Shown one piece after another: positions 61,751-64,000 of a stretch of DNA of 64,000 nucleotides. Position numbers and translations under genes: made by a program. The stretch lies in NCBI GenBank assembly GCA_044892525.1, contig CM097885.1:33978001-34042000 (forward strand). Reading direction: 5' to 3'. The notes beneath the pieces are model-generated. The model was not told the DNA's origin and did not search any database. It saw nothing but the letters and a program-made list of their open reading frames with translations. Each line of letters opens with the position of its first letter. The stretch's first letter is position 1. Source of the stretch: Schmidtea polychroa. Lineage: Eukaryota.

Positions 61751-63388
61751 GACATAATCAATAGGATTTTGTTAAGTGCCTCGAACCCACATAAAGTCAT
61801 GAAGTTGTCAGTAATTGATTATTTTGTTTCGGAATCCGTCCATTGGATTATTATAATATATTGCATTGAATGTGAGTAACCAGGTTTCGCGTTGATCTGC
61901 ATTTGTGAGATCCATAGGTGATAATCCTGCTCGGGGCGCCATTGAAGTAAATTGAATAACAAATTTAATTCAAAATTATATGCTTTAAAAAAACATCAGT
62001 TTATTTAAACAATTTTAATAATACTAATTTCTTAATATTATTTCATATAGCTTATTATGGGGATTCAAAATAAAAAGATATTTCAGAAACTTCAATGAAA
62101 TCCACTTTTTAATGTATATTTTAAGTCGATTTTTAAAAATCAAATGTGTAGGAAAAATTATGTTTATTTCATAAATTTTACATATTTCACAAAGGCATTA
62201 CACAATTCATGGAATAAGCAAAAAGTTGCGCATTGCATGAATATATAATAAAGGATTTACTCATTCTATGGCGGTATTAACATACCATATGATAATTTAG
62301 GAGATTGTAAAATAACATACTTAAAATAAATTATGCATTATTTGATAGAGAAAAGTCAATTTTCAAATTGCATTAAAATAAAAAGGTGATTAAAATTAAA
62401 AGTTATCATAAAGTTGAATTGAATATATAATGAATCCACTAAGAGACCTGGAAATCTGTTAAATTTTCTATGTTAAAATGACTTATATGATATGGTAATG
62501 CGATTAATCAGAGATTTGCATAATGACCAAAAATGAGTTAAGTGATAAATTTCGATTTTGTAAATAAATTACTTGTAAAATACCTAAATTTAATATACTG
62601 TACCAAAAATGACGTTCTAATTGCCATATTTAAGTTTATTTGAGTGATTTCATTGCCATTTTGACTGATTAATATATAATATTGTCAATATTAATTTTGT
62701 TAATACAGTTAATAATACTCAGTAAATGTTCTTGCTTGTAATAGAAATTTTAACTACTTATTTGTTGAAGTTATGAGCAAAGTAATTGTGAAAATAATAT
62801 TTCGTCTAATTATTATTATCTAGTCTTTTAAGTAATAAGGAGATTTATGTAATTAATATACTTGTTTATTTCATTGCCGGTAATTAACTTTCGATCTGAT
62901 ACTTCTTGTTCTTGATATAGTGAGAACAACCCCAACAAATCTTTTGGTAATACCTCAACAATGAAGACGACAAAATAATAAAGTCCGAGATTCATTTTTC
63001 TCTATTCCTTCAAGTTTCATTGTTTCTCTATTTTGTTGAAGCTCATTTAAATATTTTTGAAAACTATTGTCGACCATCAAATAACAGTTCCATATAACAG
63101 CTACAGAATCAGAAACTGTTGACGAAAACTTTCATTACATTTTTCAGGTTAAGTAATTTTCGAATTCAACCTACATCAAGGTAACAAAAACAAGTTTATA
63201 ATTCTAAAATAAATAATAAATTTTAATAACAATTATCTTAAAATAATTCGTACCTTAATTATAAAAATAATAATAATTTTTATTCGAATATAAATCCTCA
63301 AAATATTCAAATGTAGATAAACTAAAGCGTTTGTCATCCTGACTAATTGTTACTGGTGTTGTTTGAATGACAAACGTTTTACCTTAAT

Positions 63389-63391
<3 letters not shown>

Positions 63392-63468
<77 letters not shown>
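63392..63468. repeat. (TA)n microsatellite
   Basis: Direct reading. Confidence 0.98.
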
Positions 63469-63472
<4 letters not shown>

Positions 63473-64000
63473 GGTTATTAACTGTGCACATAAATTTATT
63501 AATAGGGAGAATAAACTAACTGTGCTCATAAAACAATTAAAAGTGTGCTTATATTTTTAATAACTGTGCACATAGAATTATTGAATAAGTCTTCAAAAAA
63601 ATTATAAATGTGCTCAAAATTTTACAAAAACATCTTTTTTCCAGCAGGAAATTAATTTTAAGTAAGTGAAAAAACAGCTCATTTTTTTAAGCTTTGGACA
63701 CTTGAAGTCCGATTGTTCCAATTGCCTATTATATTTTGACTATATATTATGATGTGTCACCATTTTTTTGTACGACATCCCTTTCAATATTGAAGAGTCA
63801 TTCAATTAAAAATACTATTAGAAAAAGATCATGTGATCAACCAAATATATAATGACTTTCGCCATAATTTTATTTACATTGTGTAGCATTGTAGCACAGG
63901 TGCTTATTAGTATTAGGTACATAAACAAATGGAAAACACAATATTAACAATTAAACATTTATTAATTTTTTAAAAAGACAAGATAAATATGAAAATAATG

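Larger units (their letters stand above)
52235..61941 (-). mobile_element. Second Ty3/Gypsy retrotransposon, decayed and split by nested DNA transposons
   Basis: PBS-like TGGCGCCCCGAGCAGG (61926-61941); gag remnant near 61800; protease VETGADVSLI (about 59350); RT N-terminus VDLKSAYWQI (about 58740) resuming at KGLY..LQMGMANASAIFQ (about 54217); RNase H LTTDAS; integrase FGIPECVLTDNAPEF. Confidence 0.9.

Noticed and set aside
62870..63130. Minus-strand TVSDSVAV...LLFCRLHC, transposase-like
   Set aside because: Contains stops, no termini found, family not assignable.

Overview
This is an AT-rich eukaryotic (animal-like) genomic window, not prokaryotic. The left third carries a 13-exon minus-strand gene for the vesicle tether p115/USO1. 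The ATG is at 18284, all splice phases are consistent, and the C-terminus was not found. Facing away from it, I assembled a candidate unannotated plus-strand gene from four phase-compatible small exons (20535-42558) with large transposon-filled introns. The rest is a dense, nested transposon landscape: an apparently intact hAT (706-aa ORF, perfect 8-bp TSD, long 3' hairpin), a decayed Ty3/Gypsy with both LTRs and a four-knuckle Gag, and a second Gypsy split by a hAT-type insertion that itself holds a Tc1/IS630-like element and a hATm element. There are also mariner and hAT remnants, many MITEs, Penelope-like GIY-YIG fragments with hammerhead-ribozyme motifs (canonical and U3-A8 variant cores), and a degraded 5' 18S rRNA fragment. 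I found no demonstrably new system. The best leads are the hammerhead motifs, the recurrent long hairpins inside hAT elements, the unannotated gene and an unexplained GC-richer decayed segment at 23.1-25.3 kb. All calls are by eye; no database searches were run.
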